A stretch of 64,000 nt of DNA from Octopus sinensis (GCF_006345805.1 NC_043004.1:5580001-5644000); one strand, 5' to 3'; counted from the stretch's first letter, positions 12,190 to 24,427 are shown. The notes: generated by a model from the letters alone, not told the origin. Translations and numbers: made by a program.

Positions 12190-12618
12190 GGTGTGGCCGT
12201 GTGGTTAAGAAGTGGCTTCCTAACATCGTAGTTTCAGGTTCAGTCCCATTGTACAGCATCTTGGGCAAGTATTTTCTACTATTGCCCCAGATTAACAAAA
12301 GCCTTGTGAGTAGATGTGGTAGACGGAAACTGTAAACAGCCTATTGTATATGCATGTATGTGTGTAAGTGTAGATGTGTGTATCTTAGTATCTCGCTTGA
12401 CATCACATGAGAGTTGTAAATGAGTGCCACTGTCATATAAGCAGTGTTATTCATTTCCAGTATTCTGTGAAAACATGTCTGGCCATGGGGAAAGTATTAC
12501 CATGCTTGGACACAGGGGAGGGTTGATGACAGAATGAGCATCAGACTGCAGAAAATCTGCCTCAAGACCCATGCAAGCATGAGGAAATGGACATTAAAAT
12601 GATGACTATGATGATGAC
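12190..12618 (+). mobile_element. tRNA-headed SINE with different body and RTE-type 3' tail
   Basis: Shared tRNA/CORE-like head, body atctcgcttgacatcac...gggagggttgatgacag, and tail ccatgcaagcatg...gacattaaaatgatga. Related copies at 41995-42240, 43200-43420 (-) and 52170-52570. Confidence 0.7.
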
Positions 12619-12916
12619 TAGAAAGAGCCCTACCTTAAAACACCAGTGCGATTAACATTTGTAATGTGTATACAAACACGAAGCTGCACTAACTGAACTA
12701 TTTTGTATTAAAGAAACATTTCAAAGGGACTTGCATGTCAAAAAGAAAACCCCCTTTTTTTTAATCAACAAATTTGTTTTAGAAGTTTCTGTAAGATGAA
12801 ATATTACAGTGAGTGTCACTCCATGGTAGTAAACATGTTATACACATCAGCATTTTAATCAAAAGTTGTTTCATGTGTGTTTCTTAATTTAATTCTAGCC
12901 GGGCTAGCTTCTACTC

Positions 12917-14306
12917 CAGTGGTTCTCAACCTGGGGGTCTGTATAAGAATTTTGAGGGTTCACACAGACAAAATAGTAAATTGGGTCCACAGTAGTATTT
13001 TAAGGGTCTATTAAAACATTTTTGGTGACAAAAGGCCTCTCGTAAAAGGTAGACTGTATGACACATGTGTACGAACAGCCATGTTACATGGCAGAGAAAC
13101 ATGGACCGTGACTGCTGAGGACATGTGTAGCTCGCAAGAAATGAAGCAAGTATGGATGTATAATGTATGAAGCAAGTATGGATGTGTAATGTCAGTGTGC
13201 ATACTCGACAGAGTGTTAGTACATTGAGAGAAAAGTTGGACCTAAGAAGCATCAGATGTGGTGTGCAAGAGAGACAACTGCGCTGGTATGGTCATGTGGC
13301 GAGAATGGATGTGGATAGCTGTGTGAAAAAGTGTCACACCCTAGCGGTTGAGGGAATCTGTGGAAGAGGTAGACCCAGGAAGACCTGAGATGAAGTGGTG
13401 AAGGACTACCTTCGAACATTAGGCCTCTCCAAGGAAATGACTAGCGACCAAGACTTTTGGAAATATGCTGTGCTTGAGCAGACCCGGCAAGCCAAATGAG
13501 ATCATAACCTGTGGCCTATGCCAGGAGCATAACCAGCCCGCTTATGCGTACCTTTTCCTTCTTTGGTCACTAAACTCTGCTTGCGAAGACCTGTTGAAGC
13601 AAGTGAAATCAAAATCGAAATCAAATTCGATGACTGGCATCCATGCTAGTGGAGCACTAAGAGTATTATATGAGCATGATCCTTGCCAGAGCAACAAGCT
13701 GGCCTCCGTGCCAGTGGTACGTAAAAAACACCATTCGAGTGTGATCGTTACCTGTGTTGCCTTACCAGCACTTGTGCTGGTGGCATGTAAAAAAACATTC
13801 GAGCAAGGTTGTTGCCAGTGCTGCTGGACTGGCTCCTGTGCAGGTGGCACATAAAAAGCACCATTTGAGTGTGGCCATTGCCAGTACCGCCTGACTGGTC
13901 CTCATGCTGGTGGCACGTAAAAGCACCCACTACACTTTCGGAGTGGTTGGCGTTAGGAAGGGCATCCAGCTGTAGAAACTCTGCCAGATCACATTGGAGT
14001 CTGGTGCAGCCATCTGGTTTGCCAGACCTCAGTCAAATTGTCCAACCCATGCTAGCATGGAAAGTGGATGTTAAATGACGACGACGATGATGATGATGAT
14101 TCATGTATTGCCAAAATCAGCTAGGTTTCTTTCTCTGATGTTTTACATAGCTCAACCCATTCATGTGAATGCATGATAAACAAAATAAGAATTTTGAAGG
14201 AATCATCTATCAAACTAGTTTTTAGACAGCTAATGGCTATGGGGGTCCACCAGAACAAAATAGTAATCAAAAGGGTCTATAGATAAAAAATGGTTGAGAA
14301 CCACTG
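12917..14306. mobile_element. hAT-type MITE split by an RTE insertion
   Basis: 15-bp TIRs cagtggttctcaacc / ggttgagaaccactg; 8-bp TSD ttctactc / ttctacac. Confidence 0.85.
13020..14100 (+). mobile_element. RTE ORF2 C-terminus plus 3' UTR nested in the hAT MITE
   Basis: Reads ...CGVQERQLRWYGHVARMDVDSCVKKCHTLAVEGICGRGRPRKT; (GAT)n tail. Confidence 0.9.
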
Positions 14307-14349
14307 TTCTACACAAATCAATAAATCAGAGTTGTTCAAAAAACTGAGG

Positions 14350-14354
14350 TACTA

Positions 14355-14410
<56 letters not shown>
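14350..14410. repeat. (TA)n microsatellite
   Basis: Pure TA run. Confidence 0.95.
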
Positions 14411-14412
<2 letters not shown>

Positions 14413-14700
14413 TTATATATATAAAACTGAGAATGTGTGACTGTCTGTCTGTCTGTGTGTTTCCCTAAAACTTGAGAACTACACAACCAATTTCATTCAA
14501 ATTTTACACATGCCTTACTTAGGGTCCATGTAGTTTCATGGGCAAAAAAAATGTTCAACTTCTTGCCTAGAGCGAGCCCATAGCAATATCATATCTTCTC
14601 CACTATTTCAGTATTACGTGTTAAAAGTGAAACAAAAACGTTTCTTTATTTTATGTCAGATACTTTCACTTTAACAATAAAAATAATAATAACAATTGAA
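14410..14700 (+). mobile_element. Helitron-like 5' portion
   Basis: A|TCTTTATATATATAAAACTGAGaatgtgtgactgtctgtctg, the same 5' architecture as the 6577 end. Confidence 0.6.
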
Positions 14701-14944
14701 TTATATGTAGTAAGTAATAATTAAAATCAAACTAAAGTATAATATAATTGTAACATAACAAAAGTAAAAATAGCAATTGGTATAAAATTGCATCAGTGAT
14801 TTGAACTTGAATAAGTGGTTTCACATGAATGGGAATAATTAAAAATAAAATTAGCGTGCAGAAATGGAATAGTCCAGATGGATAATAAAAAATTAAATTA
14901 AAGAAAAGACTATTGTCTATAAAGTATACAATGTAGAGAAAAAA

Positions 14945-16605
14945 GGTCGTGTTTTTTTGCGCTCTGTAAAATTCGGTTAAAAAAGAACAAAAAGTGAATT
15001 GTGGTTGCGGAATTGGAACGTCGGTTGGTGCGGTTTCGCGTCGCACTGGTTCTGTGCGTCGCACGTTTTCTGTTCGGGAGGCCGTTTTTCGGTCTGAGGC
15101 GACTATGAGCCGCCTCTACCAAACGGATGAGATGGAAGGGAGAAATTTCTCTGAAAATTCGTCGACATCTGAGGAGGAGTTGGCGGTGAAAAAAATGGAA
15201 GCACCTACGCAGGTATAACGAAGAAGTCAACAGAAAAAGAGATAGACCTGGCTAAGTTGACGGACTTCCAGGAGTTCATGAAGGAGGAGGAGAACGGAGA
15301 GGTTGAGCTGTTGCCTCTAGCAGGGCGCGGAGACTGGTTCCATCGTAGAACCATTAAATATAAAGTATTTATGAATGAGAGGTAGAAAAAATGGAAGTGA
15401 TTAACATGGAAGCAATTGAAGAGGCTTTCAAACAGACAGGAGAAAAATTGTGTACATGACAAAAGGATTAGAATATGGAACCATAACGGTACAATTTAAA
15501 AGTGAGAAAGCAGCCAGAATATAGCAGCCAAGGTGGTGAGTACAGAAAAGTTTTACTTGTTCCCCTCGTATTTGAATAGAAGGACCACCAGAATTAGGGT
15601 GGAAGGAATACCTCCACACCTAGAGGGCGAATTAATAACGGCTGCGGTTATCAAAGGAAATGAAGATAAAGTGGACATCCTCCACGCCATTATGAAATAT
15701 GAAGGCGTGAGAGGTGCCACACTAGTAACATAAACATACAGACGGAGGCGGAAGTTATAGAAAAGCTTACGGACAGTATAAAAACTGGAAATATTATTAT
15801 GAGAGTGTGGGTGGAGGGTAGGGCGCCCAGGTGCTACAAGTGTTGCCTGAGGGGTCACATAAGAGCCTACTGCCCTCCCCCACCAAAGGAAAAAGAAAAG
15901 GAAATTGTCGCGGAAGCCCCAAAAGAGGAAGAAACCAAAGAGAACCAAGGGAAAAAGAAACGACAGAAGAAGAGGAGATGCAAGCAGAGTGGGAAGAAGG
16001 AAGAAAAAAGAGAAAAAGAAAGAAAAAGAAAAACTGTGCGAAGCCCCAACCCACCCCAACACCACCCGCACCCTCTGAATCCCACCCTTCCCTGCAGACA
16101 GTGAACCCACCCTCTCCCCTCCAACAAGAAAACAAAAGAAAAATACAGACAGACAAGAGTTTGAAAACGAACCCAGGCCGAACATTTATATTGTGACTGA
16201 ACAGAAAGAGGTTGCAAGGGTAATGGAGAGTATGAATGGTATGAAATGGATGGGACCAGATATGCAGTGCTGGAAAAGAAATATAGATGAGTTTGTGTTG
16301 AGGTGTGAGAGGGAGAATTGGGAGGTGAAGGATACAAGAATGAGCGATGAATTCGTGTGAATATATGGAGGACAGTTTCGGAGTAAGAATGGATATGGAT
16401 GGTCTTCGTATTGGGAATGAACATTCAGGTGACAGTGAAAACAAAAGGACAGGTATGATGCTGGCGGAGGGGGCCGTTAGCATCGCTTCATATTATCATT
16501 TTTTCATTTTCATTTGCTCATAAATTTAATCATATTGTTCTATGTCCCCCATGTTTTGTTATGTCCGCCATTCTTCGTAGCCCCTGGTGGGTAATAAAGA
16601 AATAA
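14945..16605 (+). mobile_element. Non-LTR retroelement derivative encoding only a disrupted gag-like ORF1 (RRM-like region plus CCHC zinc knuckle)
   Basis: ATG at 15105. Frameshifted reading includes LFPSYLNRRTTRIRVEGIPPHL and VEGRAPRCYKCCLRGHIRAYCP (C-X2-C-X4-H-X4-C at 15832-15873), a Lys/Glu-rich linker and a C-terminal block ending near 16420. A 3' tail with AATAAA follows; no RT or endonuclease sequence. Confidence 0.8.
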
Positions 16606-16915
16606 CATGGAGGAAAGCACCTTCGAAAAGTGTCTTGATGCGACTATGAAAGGTATCTAATCAGAGGCGGTAAATTCGCCACAATAGAAGCAAGGTTCGA
16701 GTCAACGGAGCGTGCAAGGGAGTACTCGACTTGAACTTGCAAAGTGGAAATATTTTATTTTTACCTTTATATCTGGGACGTAGGACGTGCCGGAAAAAAA
16801 TTTTTAATGCCCCCCCGAAGTAGAGGTAGGCTGGATTGTAGCCACATTTCTATACAAGAGGGAGGACAAGATACAACTGATCAAAATTACAAGAGACGGG
16901 CTAACAATTCCAGTC
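16606..16915 (+). mobile_element. Fragment of a diverged paralogous ORF1
   Basis: Frameshifted reading MEESTFEKCLD/IRGGKFATIEARFESTERAREYST/LFLPLYLGRRTCRKKIFNAPP/EVEVGWIVATFLYKREDKIQLI aligns with KGLEYGTITVQFKSEKAARI..LFPSYLNRRTTRIRVEGIPPHLEGELITAAVIKGNEDKVDIL of the upstream element. Confidence 0.7.
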
Positions 16916-17056
16916 TGTTATATATTTTGAGTATTGTTATCACTAGCGATATCAAGATATAACTTTGTATTTTGTATTTTATGTGTAGATGTATATATAT
17001 ATAGATGTACATGTAATATGTACACATATATATATACATACACATATATACATGCA

Positions 17057-17097
17057 CTAGCACTATGACCCGGCAACGATGGGTCATGTTTACTAAT
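17057..17097. mobile_element. Helitron-type terminal hairpin
   Basis: ctagcact-ATGACCC ggcaacgat GGGTCAT-gtttaCTAAt, with CTAG on the left and CTRR on the right. Orientation is ambiguous. Confidence 0.55.
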
Positions 17098-17242
17098 TTA
17101 TATTATTTATTTATATCATTATGTATATGTATATTTTTATATGTATAAGAGTGTGAGTATATGCACTCATATGTATATATATATATGTTGTATCATGGGT
17201 ATGCACCCACACCCATGTGGGTATATATGTAGACTGATTTAT

Positions 17243-17382
17243 ATTACATAATCTCCGAAGAGGCCTTATGATATGTTTGTAAATGTCTCATTTATATCTA
17301 TATATTGACCTACCATAAAAGGCTAATATTGGTAAAATGAGACATACTTATCTACATGGCCGAAACAGCTGTAAGATGTAAT
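17243..17382 (+). ncRNA. Minimal type-I hammerhead ribozyme motif (Penelope-like pLTR context)
   Basis: Stem I atct/agat (plus attac/gtaat); core CCGAAGA; stem II ggcc/ggcc with a long insert containing an 11-bp perfect helix; GAAA; palindromic stem III ACAGCTGT; GUA cleavage triplet at 17371-17373. Confidence 0.7.
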
Positions 17383-19645
17383 CTATACTTATATTTATAT
17401 TTACTTATATTTATATTCTCTTTTATGTATATTCTACTTATTATACAACATTACTCTTTTATGTACACTTTTTTTATGTACATTCCTTTATGTACACTGA
17501 TTTGTTCTGCTTTTTATATTTAACCCTACAGTCTCTTATGTGGTGGTTTAATAAAGTATGTGATTGAGTATTATCTGGTAATTGATATTTGATTTAGATG
17601 TATTTCTCCATTTTCTTATCTTGTATTAGTAATTTGTGGTAAATCATTTTACCTTTGCCCATATAATACAGTAAATGAATTGAATGCATCGCAATCATTA
17701 ACATTTATGTATTAACTTTGTTGGGTACTTCACTAGCAGTATATTGGATATATGTTATCCCATGGAGGGTTGCATTTACAACCCCTATCTCAATTTGTAT
17801 ATATATATATATATATATGTATTGTATTGTTTATTGTATACCTTTTATCTTTCACTTGTTTCAGTCATTCAAGTTGGTAATGCTGGGGCACCACATTGAA
17901 AGATTTAGTTGAATAAATTGACCCAAGTGCTACGCAGTGGAACTGAACCCCAAGCCACATGATTGCAAAGCAAACTTCTTACCTACACAGCCATGCCTGT
18001 GCCTGTATAATTAACTTATTATTTCCTCATAAATTACTGACACATTACTCGTGGGTGGAATTAGCTTCATTTTTTTCTTTTTTTAGACTATATCTATTTC
18101 TTTAACATCAAGATAAGATGGCTTCAAAATATTAGAGAAGTTTATCCACTTATTTCCATTTAACAAATCCCGATCACTTCATTGAGCTATTTCTGAGAGC
18201 CAGTAATCGTTTTACAAGCTATATGAATAGCTAAATTCAGTTTTTTAATTGCAATTGACCTTGGTTTCCTAAGCCCAAAGTAAACTAATTTTAAACCCAG
18301 AACCATTTAATTATTTTTAATGTTGAAATTACATAATTTCTCAGACACAGACATGAACATACAAATACACGCTCTCTTCCTCTCTCCCTCTTTCCCTCTC
18401 TCTCTCTCCTTCCCCCCTCTCTCTCTCTCTCACACACACACTGTAGCATATGTTCATACAGATTCATAGATTTATTCATAGATGGCTATTTAAGTTCTGA
18501 CCAGAGAAAAACTAGTAACACATGCAACTAATTTGAAACTTGATTCTTCAAACATTTTCCTTTCAGTACATTATTACATACTGTGGAATCTCATGACTTC
18601 CTTTTTTCTTAAAACTCAATAGACTGATTGGTAAATATATGTGTCTCAGAAGAAAAGTGTTCTGCTTATTTATGAAATATTTCCTTTCTGCCAAAACTCC
18701 ATCTACTTTTCAATTTGATTCATACTTCTGAAAAAGAAAAATGTTTTTATTTTGCTACTTCCAAATAAACTGAAAGTTTACAGTTTCATCTTGATTGGGA
18801 CATACCCAAAGAAAAACACAAGTTGTTATCTGCAAGGAACATAAGGCTACCAACTAAATGAAGCCTTGAACTAGTAATAAGATCCATCGACATGTAGATG
18901 GCTCAATTAACAACCACTGGGTTGAACTCTGTTCCTTTCTGTATCACGCAGATCCACTCTAAGTAAACTACCAAGCAGGAAATATATACCTAAGAAAAGA
19001 ACAGTAAACTTACTGCCCTGTTCACCAGCTACATTGCAACACACACACACATACACACACACGCACATTGTGGGAGTGTGTGTGTATATATTTGCGTATT
19101 TATATATATATACATATAGACTAATATAAATTTGGTGTAGGAGATAAATACCATTAATTTATTCTAATTCCTGTCTCTGCTTGGTGTTTGGATAATGTAT
19201 AAATTTTGCCAAAATCATTTTTTAAGACAACCTGGAAAAAATTAAAATTTCTGTTTATTTTTCTCCCTCATCACCTCTTAATAACCATTACTCCCAGGTC
19301 CATCCAGACCCTGAATGGTAGTAACTGCCAGGGTCCGATCTATGGGTTAAATAAATGGCCAAGTGGTAGAGGAGGGGCCCTTTATTTTTGACAAAGCTGT
19401 GGGGAAAGCAGATCTTGTGGGGGAAAAAAAAATACTCAGACATGAAACTTGCAGTCTAAATAGTACTAGTCATTTTGCAATGCTTGTCACTGGAACCAAT
19501 TATGGTAACTGAGAGAGTAGCAAAGGTGTTGTACAAGATTTTGTCACTTAAATCCAATAATGTACAGATATCTCACTGTCATTTAAGAATTAGGTCAAAT
19601 GTGAGATGGCTATCATCTGACAAGATGAGGCAATCATCATCATCA

Positions 19646-19682
<37 letters not shown>

Positions 19683-19704
19683 ACACACATATATATATAT
19701 ATAT

Positions 19705-20125
19705 ATATACTCTTTACTCTTTTACTCTTTTACTTGTTTCAGTCATTTGACTGTGGCCATGCTGGAGCACCACCTTTTGTCGAGCAAATCGACCCCAGGA
19801 CTTATTCTTTGGAAGCCTAGTACTTATTCTATCGGCCTCTTTTGCCGAACCACTAAGTTACGGGGACGTAAACACACCACCATCGGTTGTCAAGCGATGT
19901 TGGGGTGGGGGACAAACACAGACACACAAACACACACATATATATACATATACATATATTCGACGGGCTTCTTTCAGTTTCCGTCTACCAAATCCACTCA
20001 CAAGGCTTTGGTCGGCCCAAGGCTGTAGTAGAAGACACTTGCCCAAGGTGCCACGCAGTGGGACTGAACCTGGAACCATGTGGTTCGTAAGCAATCTACT
20101 TACCACACAGCCACTCCTACGCCTA
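19705..20125 (-). mobile_element. Full-length composite tRNA SINE
   Basis: Reverse complement of 1119-1500. Confidence 0.85.
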
Positions 20126-20208
20126 TTATATATATATAAACGCCTATTATATATATATATATATATATAATCAAATAAGTAACAGGATTTGATATATATA
20201 TATATATA

Positions 20209-20418
20209 TGAGGTCTAATTAATAAGTATCCGGACTGTTGCCATAGTAACGAAGCTAAAGTACGCAGAGTGAAGCCATTTGGTAAAGATTGACCTTGAAT
20301 GTTGAATGCTCAAAATGTGCATATGCACAGTAGAGTTTAAGATCAATCTTTGCCAAGCAGCTTCACTCTGCGTACTTTAGTTATGGCAACAGTCCAGATA
20401 CTTATTGATCAGACCTCA
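20209..20418. mobile_element. Mariner-type MITE with long (~60 bp) TIRs
   Basis: tgaggtctaattaataagtatccggactgttgccata...gcagagtgaagc is inverted at the other end; TA/TG flanks. Confidence 0.8.
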
Positions 20419-20783
20419 TGTGTGTGTTTGTATATATATATATATATATATATATGCATATAAGGGTACAGGACGTCACCCACTGTGCAAACATGAAATA
20501 TGTAAACAAACAAGTTCAATACGTAAACGAGAGAAAAAATGGAAATCAAGACAAGTGAACACAGAGAAAGGACTCTTTATCAGTTTTCAGCTGTCTGTAT
20601 ATTCCTCATTTCGAGCATTCAACGACAATATGAGTCTTCAAATACAGTTGCTTCCATAAATTCTAAAATAAAATTTAGGATTTATGGAGGGTCAAAGTTG
20701 GGAACAAAAGCAGGACAGTGGAGACAAACAAGGAACCGGACGAAAACAAATATGTTTATTTTTTTTGGTTTCCTTGTATATAT

Positions 20784-20830
<47 letters not shown>

Positions 20831-21715
20831 TAATTTTAGCATCCACTTTTCCATGCTTGCATGGGTCAAATGGAATTCAATCTGCCATTCACTCTTAGAG
20901 TGAATGGCATATTGAGCAACACACACAACGCCCAGTCTGGGAATTGAAACAGCGAGTCCGCTGCCCTAACCACTGGGCCATTGCGCCTCTACTTTTGGAG
21001 GTACAGTGTTCAGAAACTCCAATGGAGTTTTTATTTCACTTAGAGATACTAGTTGGTAGTTCTCTTATATTGTGTCTAAAGGATACAATAGACAGCTGAG
21101 GAAAGATTTATTTAAAACAAGGATATTGTTTCTGAAATACATTGGTAATTTTCATGCAGTACTTTTGAAATACCATTGAAATTTCGGTGCCAGTGAAATT
21201 TTTATGCCAGTTAATCATCAAAGGAATTCAGTCATAAATTTTACTTTGATTGCTATAATTAGTCATGAAAGTGACTTTCATTGCTAATTTTAGCTTTGTC
21301 ATTTGCAATTTCTTTAAATTGTGACTCACTATAACAATGTTTGACATGATGGCACAGAAAAATCATTTGCATGTGTCCAATAAACTCCTGTGTCTGTACC
21401 AATTTGTTTTATTCCCAAGAACTGGGGCTTTGGATTCGACTTAATTGTATGATATGGATGTTTGGAGCAGCAGTGAAGTTAAGTGTGGGATGACATGGGT
21501 TAGCAGAATAACTGTCACTATGTGACATTTCAAAAACTTAATTTTTGTGTTAAAAAAATTGATGCTACTTTTTTGGAATACTTGATGACTTTTATTGCTG
21601 GATTTGAAGCCATAGTTATGTGGGAAGCTGTCATAGAAATACAAAAACTTAAATAAACTATTCTGTATTCCTTCTCAGACAAACAAGATGTCATTAGTGA
21701 ACTGTAACCAGAGTA

Positions 21716-21901
21716 CAGTAATCCCTTGCTGTATTGCGGTTCACCTATCACAGTTTATTATTTAAGCTTATGTCAATTCCTCCGTGGTGTTGTTTTGCAT
21801 TTCTAATAAAAAAAAATTTATTTTAATTATAAAAATAAAAAAAAAAAACAGAGTACAGGGGGTTTTGGAACATAACACCTATGATAGTCGAGGAATTACT
21901 G
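21716..21901. mobile_element. pogo/Tigger-like MITE
   Basis: TA|cagtaatcccttgct ... agtcgaggaattactg|TG. Confidence 0.6.
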
Positions 21902-22269
21902 TGTTGGTTCATGACCATGAAGCAATCTGAATGTCTCTACAGACTGTATCTCAACTTTTGTCGTGAAGACGTTGGTGAAATTAACTGTCATGGGGACACC
22001 CATGATACATCCCCTGTTTGATGGCAACATTTTGGTCGAAACTTCATTGTGTTACAAAGTAACACAAATTTCAGAAATTTACAGAGAAAATTAGACAGAC
22101 TATTCTTGTTTGCTTTTCAAAGGCATTCATGCATTCATGCACCTGTTAATTATTGATTTTCGAAACAAAACACCCACTTTTTATTGTGTATTAACCTTTA
22201 TGAAGTGTTATACCAATCTTCACAAATCATTACTATTATCATTATTATTTTTAAGGGGTATCATTAGCA

Positions 22270-22620
22270 TGTCGGCTAAAATGCTTAGCAGCATTATGTC
22301 TGCTTTTACGTTCTGATTTCAAAGTCCACCATGGTCAACTTTACCTTTAAACCTTTTGTGGTCAATAAAATAAGTACTAGTTGAGAACTGGGGTCAATAT
22401 AATCATCTGACCTCCTTCCCCCAAATTTCTGGCTTTGTGCCAAAATGCTTAGTGACATTTTGTCTGTCCCTACATTCTGAGTTCAAATTCCACCGAGGTC
22501 AACTTTGCCTTTTATCCTTTTGGGGTTAATGAAATAAGTACCAGTTACACACTGGGGTTGATGTGAGCAACCAGCATCCTTCCCAAGAATTTCAGGCCTT
22601 GTGCCTATAGTAGAAAGGAT
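22270..22620 (+). mobile_element. Two degraded copies of a second tRNA SINE family (gcctttcatcctttcggggtcgataa core)
   Basis: Match to the intact copies at 35523-35775 and 55348-55580. Confidence 0.7.
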
Positions 22621-23654
22621 TATTATTACTATTATTATTATTGAGTGAGAGACCAGCACATGCCATCAAAGTGACACTGCGGTACAAATACACAAAGCTC
22701 GATATACCCATCATGACTATCTGTCTGATAAGGGTACACCAGGCACAATCATATGTTTTTAAAGTAGGCACAATATCAGAAATTTGGAATGAGAACTTAA
22801 TTGAATATATTGATTCTAGTAATTGACTGGTATTTTATTTTATCAACATTGAAATGATGAAAGGCAAAGTTGACCTAAGCAGGACAACGTTGTTTTCCAT
22901 ACTTCTGAGGTGAAATGAAGATGATGAAGAAGAAGAGGGAGGCCTAGGAAGAAATGGAACAAAGTACTGAAGGTTAGTATCAAAATGTTGAGCTTCATGG
23001 AGGGGATGACAAAAAATCTAGATGATTGGCAATTCACTGTGCTCAAAAAGACCTGTCCATCCCAGCGAAAGTGAGTTCCTAAAATCATTAGATTTATGCC
23101 AGTACATTCTGGGTCTTGCCTTTCCACCTACTCAGTTTCCATTAAACATTCCTTACATTTCCTTTTCCTAACATCCATCCCTCTATCACTCTTCTAACTA
23201 TGACACTATTCAACTGCTGTAATCATTTGACAACAGAATTAGCACATATTTCATCCTCCTTTTGCAGTACTAGTTATCTCTTCTGCTCTAATAAGCAAGC
23301 TCACTTTCCAGATGACACACAGATTTCATTTTGTACCCTAAATGACCCTTGGATTCTAACCTTTTTCACTGTTTGGAACTTTTTGCTGTAACTCTCAGAA
23401 CATCAGCATATAAATTTTCAAGAAAGTGGTACAATTCATAAACATCAAAACCTGAGATTTTGTAGTGTGTCATAAGTTGTTATGAGTGGAAGATACTTCA
23501 GAATAAGTTGAATTACTCAAATGTTCTTCTTGTGAGTGTTGATGTGTTTTCTATAGAAACCACATGAAAGTTATATTTCATCATCATCATCATCATCATT
23601 TAGTATCTACTTTCCATGTTGGCATGGGTTGGACCTCTGGCATTAGCTTAATAT

Positions 23655-23662
23655 CATTATTA

Positions 23663-23736
<74 letters not shown>

Positions 23737-23743
23737 GGTGGTG

Positions 23744-23785
<42 letters not shown>

Positions 23786-23800
23786 TTATTATCATTATTG
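23655..23800. repeat. Compound trinucleotide microsatellite (ATT)n(AGT)n(GGT)n(AGT)n
   Basis: Direct reading. Confidence 0.95.
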
Positions 23801-23924
23801 CTGAGGTTGACTTTGCCTTTCACCCTTTCAAGGTCAATAAAAGAAGTACCAGTTGAACACTGGGGTCGATGTAATTGACTTACCCCCTCCACCAAAATTG
23901 CTGGCCTTGTGCCATAATTTGAGG

Positions 23925-24257
23925 GCTGAGGTTTTGCTTTCAGTCATGTTTGTTTGTTTGTTCATGGACCAGATATCTCAAGAGCCACTGGATGGATTTG
24001 GATGAAACTTTCAGAGATGTTTGTCCTTGTGACTAGCATGGACTGATTATATTTTGGGATTGATCCAGTACAAGGATTCAGGATTATTTTTCTTATTTTT
24101 TTATTTAATTTTGGGGAGTGGTCAGGTTCATTTTTCGTACTTTTGTTTGTGAGTACAGTCGAGTTTATTTCAGATATTCTCATTTTAAAAATCATCTTTG
24201 GCTAATCGTTGAGAGGACATTGGTGTTGGCTTGGCGGAGGTTTGCACTCTCTGAGTG
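23925..24257 (+). mobile_element. Helentron/DINE-1-like non-autonomous element
   Basis: (GTTT)n near the 5' end, sub-terminal ttggcggagg and 3' stem-loop gcactc-tct-gagtgc. Confidence 0.5.
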
Positions 24258-24258
24258 C

Positions 24259-24324
<66 letters not shown>

Positions 24325-24347
24325 CATCATCATTATTATCAGCATCA

Positions 24348-24426
<79 letters not shown>
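24258..24426. repeat. (ATT)n/(ATC)n microsatellite
   Basis: About 170 bp. Confidence 0.95.

Positions 24427-24427
<1 letters not shown>

Noticed and set aside
15553-16483. Long minus-strand ORFs (210, 228 and 185 aa)
   Set aside because: Antisense shadows of the purine-rich ORF1 on the plus strand.
18870-18970. Minus-strand acceptor (ttcttttcttag) as a coding exon
   Set aside because: All frames close within about 90 nt, there is no matching donor, and no homology is recognised.
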